From contig JAZROH010000122.1 of assembly GCA_045648645.1 (NCBI GenBank), forward strand, positions 1 to 59,982: 59,982 nucleotides of DNA. Direction: 5' to 3'. The notes below the pieces were generated by a model that searched no databases, had not been told where the DNA came from, and worked only from the letters and a program-made list of their open reading frames with translations. The translations under genes and the position numbers were made by a program. Source of the DNA: Clostridia bacterium. Lineage in GTDB: Bacteria > Bacillota > Clostridia > UMGS1883 > UMGS1540. The number at the start of each line of letters is the position of its first letter. Positions within the stretch are counted from its first letter, which is position 1. Below are positions 57,401-59,982 of this stretch, piece by piece.

Positions 57401-59982
57401 TGTAAACGCAAGTGCTGTCGCACATGAATATGCAACGAGAAATATTAGCGCCGAAGGAAAGGCTAAAGCAGAAAACGCGATACAAACCGCCATAGAAAGT
57501 GGAGAAATAGGAACTCTAATAAAGAACCTATCTTCTGAAGCAACTGCTTGTGGCGTTAGTGAATATGCTTTTAGGCAACTAACCGCGCAAATAATAATTA
57601 CAAGCGGAACGAAGCTTAGTGTAGAGCAACAAATTGTCGCTTTACAACAATTGGGGTACGCCGCCGACGTCGCACGCTCAAAAATATCTTCTGTCTATTC
57701 TATGAAAGCAAGCAATGGGATACTGGAGCGTGGCGTTGCCAAGACCTTATATAAAGATGGATATATTTATTATTATGACTCTCATGGAGGCGTGATATCT
57801 CGTGAAAATATCATGCCAGATATGCCTGATATACCAAATATAACTATTCCAAACTACAGTGGAGCCGCAAGTGGTTCCGGTGGCAAATCCTCCTCTCCCT
57901 CTTCCCCAAAAGAGCCAACTGCCAAAGACTACGACGAAGATACCTCATACATAAGCGAAGTCGATGCTTGGATTGACGAAGGTAAACGACAAGTAGAAAA
58001 CTTAGAGGAAGAACGCGACGGCTTAAACCGTCAACTGGCAAACGCCTTAGAGTCCGGCAACAAAGATCAAGCCGAAATCATTCGCAGAAAACTCGCTGAA
58101 AACGCGAAGGCACAAAAAGATGCGCTTCACACACAAAATATTGGGCTTCGTTCCATGCAAAATGACCTACTATATTCTTTATATCAATACGCGCCAGAAC
58201 TTGCAGGAAAGTCTTGGGACGAAATTTCAGAAGTAGATTTAGCACACATAAGCCAATGGTTTGAAGGTATGGTTGATGCGGCTGAACGTGGAGTGGTAGA
58301 TGCTGAAAACAAGAAAGACCTTGCTGTATATAATTATGAGTTAGCCAACCCAGACGATGAAACGGGTAAAAATGCCGTTGAAAAAGCAGGAGACGCCACC
58401 ATTAAAACAGCGGAAGCGGCAGTTTCAAACGCCAAGTACAACTTAAACCAAGTTACCGGAATCATAGACGATTTAAAAGCTTTAGACGGAGCAATAGCCG
58501 ACAACTCTTCGTCTTGGTGGGATGTCGACGACGAGGCTAAAAGCAACTGGGAATCTATTATTGACAATCAGGACGAATACAGCAACAACTGGATAGAAAA
58601 CCAGAAGGCATATAACAGACTGAGTGCTGAGGAAGAACTCGCCGCCTACGGGCGTATGATTGACAACAACAAGGCGTTCCAAGAGCAAATTCTTGCTGAT
58701 ACAACATTAAGCCAGGAAGCCAAGCTCGCTCTTCTCAAAAAAACAAATGACATCATTGTTGATCTTGAACAGAAGTCATATCAACTGAACCGAGATACGA
58801 GATGGGAGAATTCAAACGATTGGATTGCAGAACGAAATAGACTTGGCGACTGGCACTTGTTTAATGATAGTGAGGTTGATGCGTGGAAGCGTGTTTTAGG
58901 ATGGTTAAGAACGGATTATCCTAACGAACTTGAGCTTATTAAAGAAGCGGAAGAAAACCTTTATAATGCCCGTAGAGAACAAATGGATAAAGAACTGGGT
59001 GATATTGACGAATATATCAACGCCAGAAACACTTACAACGACTGGGAAGACTGGTCTGATAGTGAAATCAAAGCAATCCGTCGCAAGATGGACATGATTG
59101 AGGACTACTACGAGCAAGGCATTCTCTCCTTAGAGGAATACAACGACAAAGCAAGAGAGTTAGAGCAGAATCTTTATACGACGGGCAAAAACGCTGTTGT
59201 CAACGCCATTGAAAAGATGATTTCGGACTACGAGAAGATTAAAAACGATGAAAAAGAAGCGATTCAAGAACTTCTTGAAAAAGAAGAAGACGATGCGGAC
59301 GCAAGGCGTAAATCTTTGGAGTTTGATTCTTCTCAAGCAAACGCAAGGCACACATTGCTCAAATCTTATTATGATGTCATCAATGCCATCACCGAGGCAC
59401 AGCGCGAAATTACAAAAGAACTGAATGCGTCTCTTAAGATGTATGAGTATCTTGACGAGTCTTCCAGAGAGTTATTGTTTAATCAAGAAGATTATAATGC
59501 TTTAAGCAAAGAACTCACAGACATTGAAGCCGAAGCTAATGAACTACAACGGCAGTATAACGAAGATATTCTTGGCGCATCCAAAGAGAATATCGCTGAA
59601 ATAACGTCTCACTACCAAATGCAATATGAGACTCTTATGAAGAGTTACGAGATTGCAAAGGCAGAACTGGAAGTAGCGAAAAAGAGACAAAAACTTAATA
59701 ATGTGCTGAACGAGCGCAATGTACGCATGTTTATTAACGGCCAGTGGCAGTGGGTTGCTAACACACAGGATGTTATCAGTGCACAGGAAGAGTTGGCGGA
59801 TGCAGAAATTGAAAGAAAACAGAAGGAAACCACTTTAAAACAAACAGAGTCTTTGAATGACCTGATTGAGCAACAAGATAAAATCACTACGCAGATTAAC
59901 TTCCTCGAATCTGACCTTGAAGAGATAAGAGAAAGGTGGAATGAGCAACAAGAACTTATTGACGAAGAGTTGGATGCCATCA
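54429..59982 (+). CDS. phage tail tape measure protein (3' end outside window; at least 1851 codons visible)
   Basis: It is not in the ORF track because no stop occurs before the window end. ATG 54429 lies 7 nt after GGAGG. I translated MANNDDRILLNLVLNEATVNAVEG...KTTGMSKDEIEAIKKSSYGVATEYGRSASEYLESVSEFARAGYK...MQKMADGLQVSASMAKTAGMDISELTALIGTGT, which resembles the TP901-type TMP core as I recall it. The absence of any frame-0 ORF in the track implies the frame stays open, and the last codons read NEQQELIDEELDAI. Confidence 0.85.
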   Translation, partial: MANNDDRILLNLVLNEATVNAVEGRVRNLVNRLNNQNISLNINGRNLDNIVNRLNDIQQRMQTINSTPVNIDANLTSAQQQYRLETERMRVVQQLELSRQRTLQTENQAISALAQQNRTLTVNGNVTHQIEQNTQNIGNNMNVAGGHARDFVDYLSDGVRYLVTYRSLYAIMNQIGEAFSEMKNVDTAAIQVRKTTGMSKDEIEAIKKSSYGVATEYGRSASEYLESVSEFARAGYKQHSTELGKLSLLTQNVGDVSEESADKMLLAVDAAYQLEGNVTELTNVVNALNNIANKNPTSMQKMADGLQVSASMAKTAGMDISELTALIGTGTAVTQREGAEVARAIRTIVMNVKSVKGELEDGTIIDDESIAKAEAALKGVGISTKEVVNGVRELRNPMEVLDELADKWHTLGTEAKSVLTESIANKRQANVLSGILDNWSMVEKMQSEYFNSANSAIEENILYLEGWEAKSKVVSAKWTEYISNLADTKVITGTLDALYGLLTALDTPIGRIVTQIVLVNTALAVTGRLWQQIRARSIVAEILSIGVADRQLGTAIGLVTEHLGRQALAWATSPFGMATIAVAGITLITSAIEKNSQKLEENAQKAGEAYDKVKQNMNELDDLIKQYNDLQISNEWDNTPVETKKQLHEDINRLLGDEADKVDILNGKYKETTEELFKQRMSKLPEEEKKAFDNEQAKGKSLWDTAYWNGGGGAGGYNYGTMQATDAEKKFIEKYEKIFDEKYYSAGMGMGGTDYVVRFDNFDDFMMKYEEAKKMLQELYDEGMGESELYKGLNSFITKFDTKVGEYKTAVEELESTKAGQKLADYINTSVGGYVDDLDEYKIVVDWIKSNFTGKDADNALGLLNSYFSEYAEKVSKTNEMLGQEGLSIQLSELEKTSDNIKTLSSAFKELSEDGYITTKTLGEIKTATGLVDDEWEEYQTKLLNAKVGTSEFNQVMSDLTYKILDNTFKKDGLVDATEDEIAAVLRECNVVNASAVAHEYATRNISAEGKAKAENAIQTAIESGEIGTLIKNLSSEATACGVSEYAFRQLTAQIIITSGTKLSVEQQIVALQQLGYAADVARSKISSVYSMKASNGILERGVAKTLYKDGYIYYYDSHGGVISRENIMPDMPDIPNITIPNYSGAASGSGGKSSSPSSPKEPTAKDYDEDTSYISEVDAWIDEGKRQVENLEEERDGLNRQLANALESGNKDQAEIIRRKLAENAKAQKDALHTQNIGLRSMQNDLLYSLYQYAPELAGKSWDEISEVDLAHISQWFEGMVDAAERGVVDAENKKDLAVYNYELANPDDETGKNAVEKAGDATIKTAEAAVSNAKYNLNQVTGIIDDLKALDGAIADNSSSWWDVDDEAKSNWESIIDNQDEYSNNWIENQKAYNRLSAEEELAAYGRMIDNNKAFQEQILADTTLSQEAKLALLKKTNDIIVDLEQKSYQLNRDTRWENSNDWIAERNRLGDWHLFNDSEVDAWKRVLGWLRTDYPNELELIKEAEENLYNARREQMDKELGDIDEYINARNTYNDWEDWSDSEIKAIRRKMDMIEDYYEQGILSLEEYNDKARELEQNLYTTGKNAVVNAIEKMISDYEKIKNDEKEAIQELLEKEEDDADARRKSLEFDSSQANARHTLLKSYYDVINAITEAQREITKELNASLKMYEYLDESSRELLFNQEDYNALSKELTDIEAEANELQRQYNEDILGASKENIAEITSHYQMQYETLMKSYEIAKAELEVAKKRQKLNNVLNERNVRMFINGQWQWVANTQDVISAQEELADAEIERKQKETTLKQTESLNDLIEQQDKITTQINFLESDLEEIRERWNEQQELIDEELDAI

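Larger units (their letters stand above)
50968..59982. mobile_element. prophage or phage-derived element, one end (continues beyond the window)
   Basis: There is an abrupt switch to AT-rich sequence at the tRNA fragment, followed by phage-type genes on one strand. No integrase lies in the visible part. Confidence 0.8.

Noticed and set aside
1-59982. CRISPR arrays, rRNA genes, integrase, transposase or IS elements.
   Set aside because: No regularly spaced direct repeats were seen. No rRNA-like sequence was found, and no ORF has recombinase or transposase motifs in the visible window.

Overview
About 60 kb of chromosome from a sporulating Clostridia-class Firmicute with mid-range GC. All calls rest on motif and synteny recognition, since no searches were run. 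Positions 1-50.9 kb are mostly core genes. They include a radical-SAM pair with an AI-2E permease, a MacAB-like efflux operon ending in an SLH wall protein, and ylmH. Next come dnaD/dnaI-like genes, pgk-tpiA-gpmI, recA, T-box-controlled pheST, and a T-box leader driving acyl-CoA synthetase-valS-folC. The rest comprises rsmD, pfkA, spoIIGA-sigE, ftsH, the Bacillus-like block yqfC-yqfD-phoH-pgpH-ybeY-cdd, ylbJ and a GH32-like gene. At about 50.91-50.97 kb a 3' fragment of tRNA-Leu(UAA) marks the junction with a visibly AT-rich prophage-like element. That element carries an HU-like gene, an HNH/AP2 homing-endonuclease-like gene and tail genes. It ends in a tape-measure ORF of more than 1850 codons that runs off the window and is therefore missing from the ORF track. 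The most interesting unexplained signal is a family of three diverged intergenic elements, each about 205-230 nt. Copies lie at 3707-3938 (+), 16049-16270 (-) and 39545-39750 (+). They share invariant sequence blocks, and four helices keep their pairing although the sequence differs between copies. The conservation is not in any reading frame, so this looks like a structured RNA that I cannot assign to a known family. Other notable points are a GH32 homologue with all three catalytic acidic residues replaced, the valine T-box placed in front of an acyl-CoA ligase, and a prophage end that reaches tail genes without any head or packaging genes. No CRISPR arrays or rRNA genes were seen.
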